From positions 35,779,405-35,843,404 of the forward strand of contig NC_069000.1 of NCBI RefSeq assembly GCF_001194135.2: 64,000 bases of DNA, given 5' to 3'. The stretch is from Octopus bimaculoides. Lineage: Eukaryota. A model generated the notes under the pieces. The model ran no database searches, was not told the origin of the DNA, and saw only the letters and a program-made list of their open reading frames with translations. Each line of letters starts with the position of its first letter. Positions within the stretch are counted from its first letter, which is position 1. Both the position numbers and the translations under genes were made by a program. Positions 49,992 to 63,691 of this stretch are shown one piece after another.

Positions 49992-50905
49992 TATAATGAA
50001 TATTAATGTATTGAATATATTATACAAACAAATTGATATTTTTTCTCTTTTGCTTGTTTCGGTTATTGGACTGCGACCATGCTGAGGTACCTCCTGCAGG
50101 GGTTTTAGTCGAACAAATTGACCCCAGTATTTATTTTTTAAAGCGTGGTGCGTATCGTATCGATCTGCTTTCGCCGAACCATTAAGCCACAGAGACGTAA
50201 ACAAGCCAACGCCAGTTGTCAAGTAGTGGTGGAGGACAAAGACACGAGCTTCTTTCAATTTCCATCAACTAAATCGATTCACAAGGCCTTGTTCATCCCG
50301 GGGCTATAGTAGTAAACGCCTGCTCGAGGTACCACGCAGTCAGAATTTTAAATAATTTATTAAATATATTACTTTTTAACATTGATACTAAGCTACAAAT
50401 TTATAACTAAAACCCGAGTCTGAGAAAAGTAGTGATGGTTTGTTTCAGCAAAAATCAGTTGTCATTGTTTGAGTTCTAACGTTTTGGAAACTTGGCAACC
50501 GGTATTGGTGTGTTTACGTCCTCGTAAGTTAGCGATTGGGCAAAAGCACCAAGCTTAAACAAATAAGTACTGGGGTCAATTTATTTGAGTAAAAATTCTA
50601 AAAAGTGGTGCTCCAGCATGACCGCAGTCTAATGACTGGGATAAGCTTTAAAAAAAAGATTATTATCTAAAGACAAACGTTACACTTTTTGCTTCACAAA
50701 AAGCTGTTGCGCTGAATACCAGTAGCTTGTGTGAGAATGTATACTTGGCGTGCGGAGAAAATGTGTTCATGCTTGACGAGAGGTGATTTTGTTTTTGTTT
50801 TTTTTTTTGATAAAAGGCAAAGTCGACCTCGGTGGAATTTGAACTCATGATGGTGTTGTTCAACACTAGACTGGCTCTGAACAAGCCGGCTTTAAACTAT
50901 TGGCG

Positions 50906-52462
50906 GGCTCTTTTCTGTTTGGTTACCAGCATTTCAAAAAGTTTATCGAAAATTTTAAAATTTGGCACATTAATGTAGCTTTCCAAGCTGAATTACTGGA
51001 GTTATTTTACTTGTTCCAGAAAATTGTTTTTGAAAAGTTATAGAGGTTTACAGCCTGATAATTTTCACCCAGTGAGAAAACAGCATTTGGAAGCGGACAT
51101 TTTGTGCGTGACTGCACATTTTGTCGCCAACATTCTGAAGATAACCCGTGTTGTCAATATTTGTATTCTACACAAGGAAAACGAGTAAACAACACGTCTT
51201 TTGTAGTTTTAAGCATTCAAAATGCGTTTAATGCGATAGCACGAACCTAAAAGATTTATCCAAATACGTTATTTAGCTGTTATTTTTAGCTTATCTCACA
51301 ACCACCTCAATGAAAAGTAAGAGTAAGCAACACGTCTTTTGTAGTTTTAAGCATTCAATATGTATTAAATGCGATAAACAACACATTATATGCGATAAGA
51401 AACAACACATTACACATTAAATATGCTTAAAAACAAACATTTAAGCTTTAGTGCGAAAAAAAGAGTTACCTGAAAACAAAATAGCGAATTATGAATTAAA
51501 TATTCTTAAAATTGAAGACGATAGTTAGAAGTGCATTCAATCAATTTCTCGAACAGATCGCAATTTTCATATCTCCTGCATCACATAAGTTCACAGATGT
51601 GAATCTACCAAAGAACGGTGAGTGCCACAGCGTCATTTATTACCTTGCTAATAGAGGCCTATATATTCTCCACTTGGTGAGTGTGGGTACCAACTTTCGA
51701 GTTAACAAACCTAACCCTGTGGTTCACCGTTCTATACTCAGAATTGTAACCATTAATTTCAGGAATGTGAGAGTATGCCCTCCACAAATCGCTGAAAATT
51801 GTGGTTCCTGGGATAAGCGAGTGATGTATGCATTCTTCCAGTATGTCACGATTCCGACATGGCACCGCATACAGAAAAACCTGTTTGGTCTCGCGATACA
51901 TTCCTCCGAAAATCCACTGCTCATGTAGGACCCTTCCTCGGTGGTACTTACGTCTTGAGAAGACTGTTTCGTCGATCTCAGCAATCTTCCCAGGCCCACC
52001 ACCTTGAATTGGATGATAGAGCAAATCCTCCGCACATACTTCCCTAACATAGCTGTTATAATCAACAGCTGTGCAATGGTTAATCCCCAGTTCTTCAACA
52101 CAAAGCAGGACTTAGGTTACCGGAGCTCGCTGCCATAATCAAACAGATAGAGAAATTTTCCAAGTAGAACGGTAGAACACGGCGTCAACAAGTGGTTTCA
52201 ATTTCAATATATTTGTCAACACTTGATTTCTCGCAGACAAAAGAGTTCTCATGTTCCGCTTGTTACTATGACTTACGATTGACTAAAATTACCCGAAATT
52301 TTTAAACTTTAATACCTAATAACTTTTTATTGATTGGTTTATAACAAAGATGATTTTCATGGCATTCATTAGCCTATAAAACTGTATCGTTACACTGAAT
52401 ATGAAATTAATGTGAACAGAGATTGGCGCTGATTGATGCTGGTAGCCAAACAGAAAAGATCC
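50906..52462 (-). mobile_element. Merlin (IS1016/ISXO2-like DDE) DNA transposon, decayed
   Basis: Minus strand ELGINHCTAVDYNSYVREVCAEDLL...GGPGKIAEIDETVFSRRKYHRGR...QWIFGG...PGTTIFSDLWRAY...TVNH...THQVENI; 27-bp TIRs (50906-50932, 52436-52462); 8-bp TSD TATTGGCG/CATTGGCG; stops and a frameshift in the ORF. Confidence 0.9.
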
Positions 52463-54584
52463 CATTGGCGTTCTAACCTATCTTATCGTCCCATTTTATG
52501 TTAAGGCATCGTGATAGACTACGTTGTCTATTGTGTTTCCCCGTTGTTAGACGACAAGAAAGTGATTTAAATGGAGGTTTTGTTGCACGTTCTAGCAGGT
52601 CGAGCGACCACGTAAGTTCGATGTGAGAGTGTTGTTTATCTAAGTATTGTTTACGTTCTAAATAATATAATGACAGATGCATGCGTCATATATAAACACG
52701 TCTGCTGTTATATAAGAGTGTGTGTGTGTGAGTGAGAGAAAGATAGAGAGAGATAGAGATAGAGAGAGAGAGAACGGGTACTCATGTACTTATATGAAAT
52801 GGGAACCTCAAATCATACGTATGTAGACAATAACTTGCAAACAAACAAACAAACTGTAAGTGATAGAGCTAATTCAACGCCCCCATCACACCACACATAC
52901 GCACACTCTCAACATAACGCATGGCTGAACCAATAAATAAACAGGAATAACAAACACAGTATGAAAATTGCTCTTGTTTTGTTTACAAGGTATCTGGTTA
53001 TATTTCTGTCTCCAACTTCCCACTGAAATATAATAGCTATCATTTTATGCTTGCCTTTATTCTTTATTATCTTAAACAACAAATAAATTATTGTCATTAT
53101 ACAATATTTAATGAAAAGAAAATAAAACAAAACAGATAATATAACCGTTTTCAACCAATCGTTTTGCATGTTTTTCTTTCTTTGAAGTGTCGGCATTCCT
53201 GCTTGAATTATTTTCTCTCTCCTCATCTCCCAACGAACTATTTATATATATATGTTTACTACCATCCTCATCTTTTATTTCCACAAGTTACACTGTCACA
53301 ACTTTCCTAGGATACTATAACGTTTTGTTTTGTTTTTTCCACAAATCGTTTTTTTTCTTCTACAAATCTATTATTTTTATCTACAAATTTATACATCCTG
53401 GATTGATAACATATCTATTCAGCCATTGTTTTACTGTTCAGTTCACGAGCATGGCAAACTGTGATCCGTCGGACTTTCTAAATGGCACGCCCAACGAAAG
53501 ATTACTTTGAATTCATTTTTGTAGTGCGGCCCACCTGATGATGTGTTATGTCCAATGCAGCCCGCTCCTCGGAAAAAGTCACTTATACCTAGTTTAGTGA
53601 TGCAGTGTTCATGCTTCTCTTCCTCAACTTTCTAGTATTTTTTCTTTTATTCAATGCCCACGAAATCAAGACAAGGAAGAGTAGAAGTTATTTCTCTAAC
53701 TGGGAACCCGACCAAGATGCTTGCAACAGACTGAATTCTGCAAAACTCACTCAAGAAAGAACTCGGTAGTAGCTTTAATCTAGTGATGGATTAAGTCTAG
53801 CCCACCCAAGAAAGAACTCTGTAAAGAGCCGGAACAAATTTTGCAAGATTTATCACCTGATGTTCTAACATTTCCGCTAATCCACCACCGCTCTGAACTA
53901 GTATTTCATATTATTGATTCCGAAGGGATATATAGTAAAGCTAACTTCGGCGAGATATGAACTAAAGAGGGCAAATAACCAGAACAGATATTGGATGCAA
54001 TTTTTGGTATAAAGCCAGCAATTTCGATGGAGGGGATAAGTTAATTACATCGACCCCAGTGCTCAACTGGTATTTATTTTATCGACCCCGAAAGGATGAA
54101 AGGTAAAGTCGACCTCTGCAGAATTTAAACTCAGAACGGTAAGACTGGCGAGATACCACTAAGCATTTCGCGCGGCATGCTAACGCTTCTGCCAGCTCAC
54201 CCGCCTTAGCCAGAACAAATTTTGCAATGCGCTATGCCCTTTGTTCAAACGACTCTGCCACAGCCCTCATTGTCTTGAATTTATGATGAAATGGACGTTG
54301 GTTGCGACATGTATGAGGCTTTTAATAAATTCACTCTGGAACCGAAGCCGAGTTGTGACCTCAACTTAGGATCTTATCACTCGTTTTTTTGTTATTTATG
54401 ATCTTTATTTGATGTACAAACGCTGATCCTTGTAAAGTCAAATAAAAGTGATATGCATCGTAAAATGGCTACCAACAATGTCTGCTGAAATTTAAAATCA
54501 ATAACAGCTGGCACAAAACCGCCAAGACTTTCACCAAGTAATCCAGGAACAAACAAGAGCAAAATCACTTCACAGTGAGGCTGG

Positions 54585-55159
54585 GGATCTATTTTAAAAC
54601 GGGGGCCACATTTTTCATTAATGTTTTACGTAGTGTTTTTGGTACGGAAAGACTTTCAAACTTCGTATACTTATCTATTTTGTGTTATAGAACAGAAAAA
54701 TATTTTTGTATTCGAATTTATTTCATGTAAAAAATTGTCATATTTCGATAATTTCAACCAATCACTGACAAGTATTCAGTTGTTTATATTTACTCCTTTG
54801 GCTGATTAAGCGATGTAAAGCGTATTTATTCTCCATACCTTCGTTTTATTTGCTTTTTTCATTTTAAATTTGCTTTAACCCTAACCCTAGGGTTAGGGTT
54901 AGGGTTAATTGTTAGGGTTAATTGTTTCAGAATCGTTTGTTTATGTAGTCGGCACTTAATGTATATCGGCTGAATGGACGTCAGTGATTGGTTGAAATTA
55001 CAGAAATACGACAACTTTAACATGGAATAACTTATGGATTTCTTTTTTTTAAAAGAAGACTAAGAGAAAAAGATGTTTTATATGACACATTCTACCAGTG
55101 TTCCAAGTTTCAAAGTGTTTCGTTAATGAAAAATGTGGCCCCCGTTTTAAAAAAGATCC
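54585..55159. mobile_element. MITE with GGATC...GATCC termini and 8-bp TSD (Merlin-like non-autonomous)
   Basis: TIR GGATCTATTTTAAAACGGGGGCCACATTTTTCATTAA versus its inverse at the right end; perfect TSD GAGGCTGG (54577-54584, 55160-55167); internal CCCTAA/TTAGGG repeats near 54880-54920. Confidence 0.85.
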
Positions 55160-56974
55160 GAGGCTGGTGTTATTTTGTAATTTCCTTTTACTAGAAAGTT
55201 GTCTAAACAAACACTAGCTGTTTGATAGCCGTTAACTCTACTGAGTTCATGCGTCCTTTGACGGGTTTTGTTTTTCGTCTTGCTAGTTATCCAATGAAAG
55301 CCATGCTCCTTACCAAGCAGGCTTGATAGGGTTGCGTTAAGTCACCGACGGTTAAGGCCCGAGCATGCGATAGATTGTACTGGGTTACATGTTAATGGAA
55401 GTACGAAGTATGACCTAACATACATCATGATGATTATTTCATCTTGTCAGACGATAACCGCCTCACATTAGTGAGACATCTCTACCTCATTGGATTTAAG
55501 TGACAAAAGCTTGTGCAACACTTTTGCCACTTTCTCAGTTGCCATAGTAAGTTCCAGTGACAGGCATTGCAAGATGACTGATAACTATTTTGACTGCAAG
55601 TTTTATGCTTGAGTAGCTTTTTCCTAGAAAAGCCACCTTCCCATGACTTTGTTAAAAATAACGGAAGCCTCTTCTACCCTTGGGAAATCTATTTAATACA
55701 TAGATGGGACTCTGTCATGAACTACCGTTCATAGTGAGGACGGACCTGATAATAATGGTAATTAAGGGGGTAACTTCACGTTCCCCACAACCCCCAAATT
55801 CCTGAACTGGACTCTCATCGCTGGATGTTTACATGTATATTTAGTGTGGTGGTCTTTCGTATATTCTTCACAAGGTAGCGTGGTCTCGTATATAGACAAT
55901 GACTAGATTAAAGTTTAACTTCCAAAGTCTTATAATAATTCTGCTTGTCATTAAGTTACTTAGCCCGTCGATAACGCTTTCACATGATTAGGGGAAAAGA
56001 GGGAGAAAGAGAGAAGAGTCTATGACGTGAGGTAGGTGGAACGTAGTTGGAACGCTTTCACGAAAGAGTGAAGAAGAGAAAGAAAAAAAGGATCTATGTC
56101 AGAGAGAGAGGGAGGGAGAGAGAAAGAGAGAGGGATAGGGAGGGAGGGAGAGAGAGATTATTTTTCCCATTTGGATTACAAATTTTATGAAATTAAAAAA
56201 AAAAATCATTTTCCAGGAATTATTTCATCATAATCTGGTTTTACTGTTTCGGCCTTTTCTATCTGTTCAATATTTACCCGTCGTGTTGGATATCTCGTAG
56301 TCATAGTGGTCCTGTGGTTTTTGGCTGTTTATCTCCACTTGATCATTGATCGAGCAGGCTTATATCAAAGAAATTCCAGTTTCCCGTTTCACCTTTTATT
56401 CAATCATAATATATTTCAAGTACAAATTAATCAAATGTACAAATATACAAGTATATTTAGTGTGGGGGTGGGGCGGAGAAAAAGAAAAAAAAAACTTTCA
56501 GTGTTTCATCATACAATCACTGAAAGATATTTTAAAGTGGTTTTGTGATTCTGTGCATGTAAATACAATGTTGTGACAGTATAATGGAATAAAGTTTGAA
56601 ACCATAAATTTATCATATATAAACTACGTCATATGAATACTGTATTTCATTTTCATCTTCTTTGTACTTGTTTATATTTTGAATAAGAATTGCTATACAG
56701 GTTGTAAAACTCGTGTATTTCCGGCAGCGCTGGATTAACCATTAAGCAGAATAAGCACGTTCTTAGGATGTCAAGGAAAGGGGGACACAACAGAAATGGT
56801 ATATGGTTTACGGGACAAAAGAAATCACTTTAAACTTGCAAAAATTATATTCGAAGTGGTTTATATGATGGGAGGTATAATTTCGAAGTGTTCATGTTGT
56901 CATAGTGAGGATCTGATGAAAAACATTGCGATCTAAAAAAAGTAGAAAATTTTTCGAGTATAAATAAAGTGGAA

Positions 56975-57330
56975 AAAATGCCACAGAAAAAATTTTCGCA
57001 GGAAAATATTCCACTGGAAAAAATTTCGCAGGAAAAAATCCACAGCAAAAATGCTACATGAAAAAATTCCACAGTAAAAATGCTACAGGAAAAAAAAAAA
57101 TTCCACAGTAAAAATGTGGTAAAAAAATGCTACAATAAAATGTCACAGGTAAAAATGGAGTCCATGTTTAACTTCTTTCCAGAATTAGAATACACGTAGG
57201 AAGTCACTATTTTACATTCACTCTACCACCGAAATATATTCATCATTTTTATCGCTCTATGAATCTGTACACTGAGCTACGAGGGTAGAATTTTTTCTGT
57301 GGTATTTTTTCCTGTGACATTTTTCTGGGA
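56975..57330. repeat. Degenerate ~15-bp tandem array (GGAAAAAATNCCACA) with a shorter inverted array
   Basis: Forward units at about 56975-57150, reverse-complement units at about 57285-57330; probably subterminal repeats of a DNA element. Confidence 0.55.
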
Positions 57331-57988
57331 TTCAAATAAACATTATTTTCCATTTTACTGTTAGTTTTGCCTCGTTTTGAAAGATAGAAATTTATTTTAC
57401 TGTTTACTATTGTTTATATTTTGAATTACATATATATGGGGGGCACCAAAATGTTTTCAGTGCTTATAGCCTCTATCGGTCTTAATTCGACTGTGACGTT
57501 TTGTGTTACGGCAGTTGACCACCAAGATGGTTCACAATGGCTATGGTTTCGCTGCCATCTACTAGATTGCAAATGGAAGTTTAACATTCCTTTCATCTTT
57601 CCATGAGAATTTTTCACTGAGATAATAATAGAAATGTTTCTTATAGGTAATGCAGTTATTAAATGATGTTATGCACATTCCAGGTGTTAGTTATGTATGC
57701 TAGGAGAAGGAGATATGAGATGATGTGACCTCTCTCAACATAACTGCCGACAAACAATAAGCAGTTTTTCGAAAGTTTTTACGAATAGGCTGTAATAATT
57801 TGGCTTGTTTTTAATATTTAGTCACAAATATCGGGCCTATCAAACTTATGCTTATCCTGCTCCATAGCCTACTACACCCGGTTTCCTATCGTGGTACAAC
57901 CACATTGAACGCAGTTCAATTTGTTGATACATTAACAAAAAATAAAAGCGCATCTTATATGCCAGCAAACATGGTAAATAATCCCTTT

Positions 57989-58131
57989 GGTAAATTTTCA
58001 GATTAACACCCGCACGATTTTCATTAGGGGGTTAGGGTTGGGTTAGGGACGAAATTCCCTGACCCTAACACCCTAACCCTGACCCTAACACCCTAGTGAA
58101 AATCGTGCGGTTGTTAATCTGAAAATTTACC
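57989..58131. mobile_element. 143-bp palindromic MITE with telomere-like core and 8-bp TSD
   Basis: TIR GGTAAATTTTCAGATTAACA..CGCACGATTTTCA; perfect TSD ATCCCTTT (57981-57988, 58132-58139); TTAGGG and CCCTAA arms face each other. Confidence 0.85.
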
Positions 58132-58147
58132 ATCCCTTTATCTAACG

Positions 58148-58382
58148 CAATGGCTATCAACCATTTTGTGCCTATGGGCCCCTTTAATTCCTATTTTACT
58201 CTACTAGACTTCCATAGCCATTCGATGTATATTAAAAAAAAAATCTTACTGTATTTTTAAATTAAATATTATTAGGAATTATATAAATTTTAAAAAATAT
58301 TTTGTGTATTACAGAAGAATAAATAATTTGTTGCACATAAATTTTAACGAAATCTTATATGGACTCCGGTTCAGGACCACTG
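58148..58382. mobile_element. hAT (Charlie-like) MITE
   Basis: CAATGGCTATCAACC...GGTTCAGGACCACTG; TSD ATCTAACG/ATCAAACG. Confidence 0.7.
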
Positions 58383-59605
58383 ATCAAACGAAATAAACGA
58401 ATAAATTGCAGTTTAATTTTTCACTAGCAACACTTCTTAAACGAGTATCAAAACATCTTTTATAAGTTTATGGGAATCGTCTGCTGGGTCTGAGAGAAAA
58501 ACCTTAAGAAGAAATCAATATATTACGTCACTAGTGTCAACCGTGTAATTAGCTCTCCTGACAGGTTGCTTACTGATCTGTTATAGTATGTCGTGTAAAT
58601 AGCACTCAACAACCGTAACGCTGACTGTGTCAATAAGAACGAAAAAAAAAAATGTTTGTTTTATTTTTCATTTTCATTTTTCGCCGATTGAATTTCAGTG
58701 CCAAATCATTTATTTTCTTTCTTTGATTTTACAAATAAATAAATATAAAAATATATCTTTATTATATTTTTATAGTAATAATAATAATGATAATAATACT
58801 TCTACAAGAGTAGATTATTTTTATTGTAAATTTATTTTGGTGCGTATCTAAAAATGAGTCCGTTCCTCAAAAAACTTTCGTGGGTTGTACTGAAATAATT
58901 TTCTTGACCGCCGCCTATTTTTGAGAGATGAAAATAAAAGCAGATCCAATACAGAAGTTAGAATAAATAAAAGAAAGAGAGAAAGACCCATATTAACTAG
59001 GCGAGAAAAGACAGGATTCGAAACTTGAATGCTGGGATTTAAAGTACCTTGTAAAATCGGTCACCCTTTTCTTTTAAACGGAACAGTTTGTCTCTTTACA
59101 GAACTGGAATCTCAGTTCTGTTAATTCAAACTGTAATATGATATATTTCTGAGGATCGAAGAAACTTTTTAAAAAAAGTATATAAAAAAGGGATTATTTT
59201 ATTCTTTAAATTTGTTATTATTATTATTGTCCCACCTCCAAGTAATTATTTATGGAAGATAAAAAGAAAATGAAATAGCTGTGATGTTTCGAATTATCAA
59301 AGAGACTTGAATTGGAAGGAGAGAAGACACTTATTGTAAGTAATTCTAATAATTTTAAGTGAAACTTTGGGAGAGAGAAAAAGAATTTTGGACAAAAAAT
59401 GTAAGAAAAAAAAAAGGCAACATTTTGGTTATTATTAAACATTATCTTATCGACTTATAAAATAATTATTGGAATATATTATTTATAATTATATTTTAAT
59501 TTAACAAAGTTTCTTAATATCTGATAAATCTCAATGTCGGTCGATGGCCATAGAATAGAGACAGGCAGAGCTGAGATCAATGGCGTTTTAACCACAGCCA
59601 GCCTT

Positions 59606-59638
<33 letters not shown>

Positions 59639-59757
59639 CTTAGGCGTTTGATAACTAGGACTACATTGTCTTGTAAATGCTTGTTGCTAACCCTCCTCTC
59701 TAAGAATACACCTGATCAGGCATTATTATACAATCAATGGCGTGCTATTTATGATGT

Positions 59758-60596
59758 CATACCGACTCAATTGTGTTCCCGTTTCGATTTTGTTTCCTAA
59801 TAACTTTAAAAAAAAATGGATATTTCTTTTAATTAAATTTTCTTCGAATATCTTTCGGATAGTGCGGATTCCGATTATATCGGAATTTATAGTGAAAAGT
59901 TTTTCGGAAAAGCGAGGGAGAGGACTTTCGGTTAAATCACACTGGGCGACTTTGTTTCCTCATAGCTTAAAAAAAATAGGCGATCTTTCGGTACGATTAC
60001 CTAAATATCGGCCCATACATTTCAGATGATGTAAACTGCGATTGTATTGCATTTTAATGTAAAAAAAAAAGGACAAAAATGGCAAGCGTGCACATAAACA
60101 TACTGACGCACGTCACATCCTTGCTATTATGCAAAAGTGTCGTAAGTCCAAAAGTTTGCTTTTTCAGAAAACGAAAGAAATAGTTTCATTATTCCATAGC
60201 AAAACCGTTGTGCTACACTTTGACGATTTTTGATATCTTGGCATCTGAAGCAGCTGGAGATACGATAGTTTGACCGAAAGAACCGGCTATTTGCAAGCAA
60301 AAATAAATATTGCAAAAAAACCGTATTTGGCCAAATTTGGACATACGACAGTTTAACATAATAGTAACGACATATATATGTTTACAAATGTGAACGTCAA
60401 ATTTTGAGAAAATTATGCGTGTGTCAATATACATGTGTTTTCACGGCCACTAATTTCTTTTTTTCACATTAAATCTGATATAATTGCAATCTACACCATC
60501 TGAAATGTATTTGTAGAAAATTCCATTAGGAAAATATCCATTTTCTGAAAGCTATGAGGAAACTAAGTCAAGGGCTGGCACACTTGTGTCTGTATG
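59758..60596. mobile_element. Fold-back type non-autonomous DNA element with long imperfect TIRs
   Basis: GACTTTGTTTCCTCATAGCTT...ATACATTTCAGATGATGTA (about 59948-60070) is inverted at about 60455-60570; outer CATACCGACTCAATTGTG / CACACTTGTGTCTGTATG; no TSD seen. Confidence 0.5.
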
Positions 60597-60737
60597 CTTC
60601 GCTTATAAAGACTGCGAACCCATGATTTATGACTCAACATAGGAACACCCTCTCCCACAGAAGACCGGGCAACTTGGGGTCTAAAACTGAAAAGCGATTT
60701 GAAAGCGCACACTTGTCTCTTATATTTTCCTATAAAT

Positions 60738-61016
60738 CAGGGGTTTACAAACTTTTTGACTTGCGGACCCCTTTATATTTCAGGCCTTACCTTAGGGACC
60801 CCCTTATAAACGCTTATGAAATTTATACATAAATATTTGCTTAAAATAACATATATTTTTACATTTATTTATTTAACAGTATTTAACAAATAGGTTTATT
60901 GTCAATTAAAAGATTTCGATAAAAAAACATATATAAAATCAAATTGCCCATAAAAAGTATTTGCTGTCTTCGGACCCCCTGTCTTGTCCTTGCGGACCAC
61001 AGTTTGAAAACCTCTG
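60738..61016. mobile_element. hAT (Charlie-like) MITE
   Basis: CAGGGGTTTACAAACT...AGTTTGAAAACCTCTG; perfect TSD CTATAAAT. Confidence 0.85.
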
Positions 61017-61764
61017 CTATAAATCATCCTAGATGAGAATGACATGAGATTCATAAAACTGAATAGACAATACAGGTGATATATATATTCAATTACAAGC
61101 TACAGAGAATACTGGTAAATTAACCACTACGTGAATTCCTAACACGATCTTTTTCATTAGAATATCTGTTTACTGACAGGCAGTGGTTGCTAGATCTACC
61201 AGAAATATTAACCGAATTTCTCTCAAATCGTAACCCACTACGTTAAAAAAAAAAAAAGAACGAAAGAAAGAAAGAAGAGGGAAACCCTAATAAACATTAA
61301 ATAACGTAGTTGTAAATATACTATGTTTGATGGCATGGTGACAGCTGGAATATCTCTGAACATAGGTCAGCTTGATCAAAGTTGTACTGAGACTAAACAA
61401 AACTGATCCAAAATTGCTCCTTCTCTCCAATTTGTTTATATTTTTCAATGATTTTTTCTTTGTGAGTTTTATTTCATATCATCTTCTCTTATAAACCATC
61501 TTAATTGCTTTACATCTGGGATTATTCTCAGCCTATTATTCTTTCTATCTCTGGCTACTATCTACCATCAAGTGCTTTCTTCTGTCCTTTCTTTCTTCCT
61601 TCCTTCCTCCCTTCCTTCCTTCCTTTGTGCAAATAGTAAAATCAATCAATTTCTGAGAACCAAAGTATCAATGAGAACTGAATTCAGGTCAAATAACCAC
61701 CCTGAACCAGTACCTCTTTAATGTTGGTTCAATTTGCAGCGCTAATTGTGAAAGTAAAACATAC

Positions 61765-61848
61765 TATTTATATATGTATATATATACAAACACACACTAC
61801 GTGTATATGATATATATATATATATAAAATATGTGGATATATACATAC

Positions 61849-61909
<61 letters not shown>

Positions 61910-61945
61910 GAAATTATTGTGCATAGTGCTCAAACATATATGTAA

Positions 61946-61978
<33 letters not shown>

Positions 61979-62090
61979 TAAACTCACACATATAAATACA
62001 GATTATATATATAACTATATATATACATTTACACAAACATACACATGTATATATTTACACATATGCACACAGATGTTTCTATGCATATAT
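61765..62090. repeat. (TA)n/(TG)n microsatellite-rich tract
   Basis: Seen directly. Confidence 0.9.
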
Positions 62091-63691
62091 ATTTCAAGAT
62101 GATGATGATGACACATGCAGTTGCTGGGTGTGGTTAAAAGAAAACAAAAATTCAATATTCATTATTTAATTTGATGCGAATGTATTTGGTTTCAAAAAGT
62201 TTGATTATTTGTTGATTTTTGTTTGCCACTTTCATCTCATTTTGATTGTTAATATATTAACTAATTCAAATATTTAATTATTCATTTATTTATTCTCTCA
62301 ATAGCTGCAAAACTTCTTTAAAAGAAACATAAAATAAAACTTTTGAAAAATTACTTAATCTGTCCATAAAGAAGTGTATGTATGTATGCTTTAATGTATA
62401 TGCATGTATGTGTATATATATGTATATATACACATACACACACTTGCACATGTGTGTGTATATGTATATATGTATTTATATGTGTTTGTGTGTGTGTATA
62501 AGCTGTTCTTTTATAGATTTATATCCAAACATTATTCAATCAGGAAAAAAGAGAAGGAAAACGTACTTTTTTTTTGTCTTTCTCTTGCCATATATTTATT
62601 TTAAATACGTGAAGGGAATTAAAAAACATGTTTTTTTTTTTCATTTGTAATATTCTGTAAATTATCTATCATGTATGAAACAAAACGGAAAAGTGCCAGT
62701 GGTTGCCAATAGAATGCTGATGAAATTTTCCATTACTTATAATTATTGATCTGATATTGCACCATATATATGTGGCCATCAAATGCATACATAATTTTTG
62801 TTTTTAAATCGTCGAGTTTTATTTTCTCTTTTTTTTTTTTTTTAACTGATTTAGTTCAGTTCTTCTGAGACTGATGAGATCATAACTTGATATTCATCTT
62901 GGATAACAGAAAGTTACTTGCATAAAATGGAAGGGAATTCCAGAGGACTGGCACTCTGAGGAAGGAAGACTTTGGGAAGAAAGAGGGTTAGTAGATAGAT
63001 AGATTGGTGCTCCTTTGGCAAGAAAGATTACTTTAAGTTACTTTTTAGTTTAGTTTTCAATTTCTAAAATCCTGTAAGATGTTGGCTAAAGATTTTTACA
63101 ATGTAATCAGCGACGAGACGAAGGCAGTTACATTTTTATAAGAAACCAGAAAGCAGTTGCATTTTTACAAGAAACCAGCACTAAATTCACATCATTTCTT
63201 ATGAAAAAGAAACGTGCCTCTTTGCCGTGTGATCTACATGAGCAAATTTACTTTGGTGGGTGATTTACATGCTTATTTTAATTATTATATGGTCTTCTTA
63301 TTAAATTGGTAAGAATTTTGAAAAAATGCATTTACAATGCTAAGTATGTACAAAATAATTTACAAAGTAACCTAAAGTTATCTCCCTTGTAGATCACATG
63401 CCAAAGGAGCACCAATAGATCCTCCCTGAGTCATATAGGCTCACAGGGCTGGTTTTTCCAGTTTCTATGGCACATATATTTCTACTCTGGAAGGATGTCA
63501 GTCCGTCGCAAGAATGCTCATTTTGCTAACTGAATGAAGTGAAATAACTCTGCTAAGAAGGAAATCATAGATCTGATTAATGAAAATATTAACCCATCAG
63601 CATTTAAACCAGCCATATCTAGACTAAATATTCATGCTTCACCACGTGATGATGATAATAATGACGATGATAATATATATATATATATATA

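Noticed and set aside
51659-52024. Bacterial IS contamination or recent bacterial gene transfer
   Set aside because: Eukaryotic Merlin-type N-terminal region, multiple inactivating mutations and host-type flanks are better explained by an endogenous Merlin element.
53530-53545. Other CTGATGA hits as hammerheads (also near 20945, 32210, 56905 and 62716)
   Set aside because: No stem II plus GAAA or matching stem I in the required geometry.
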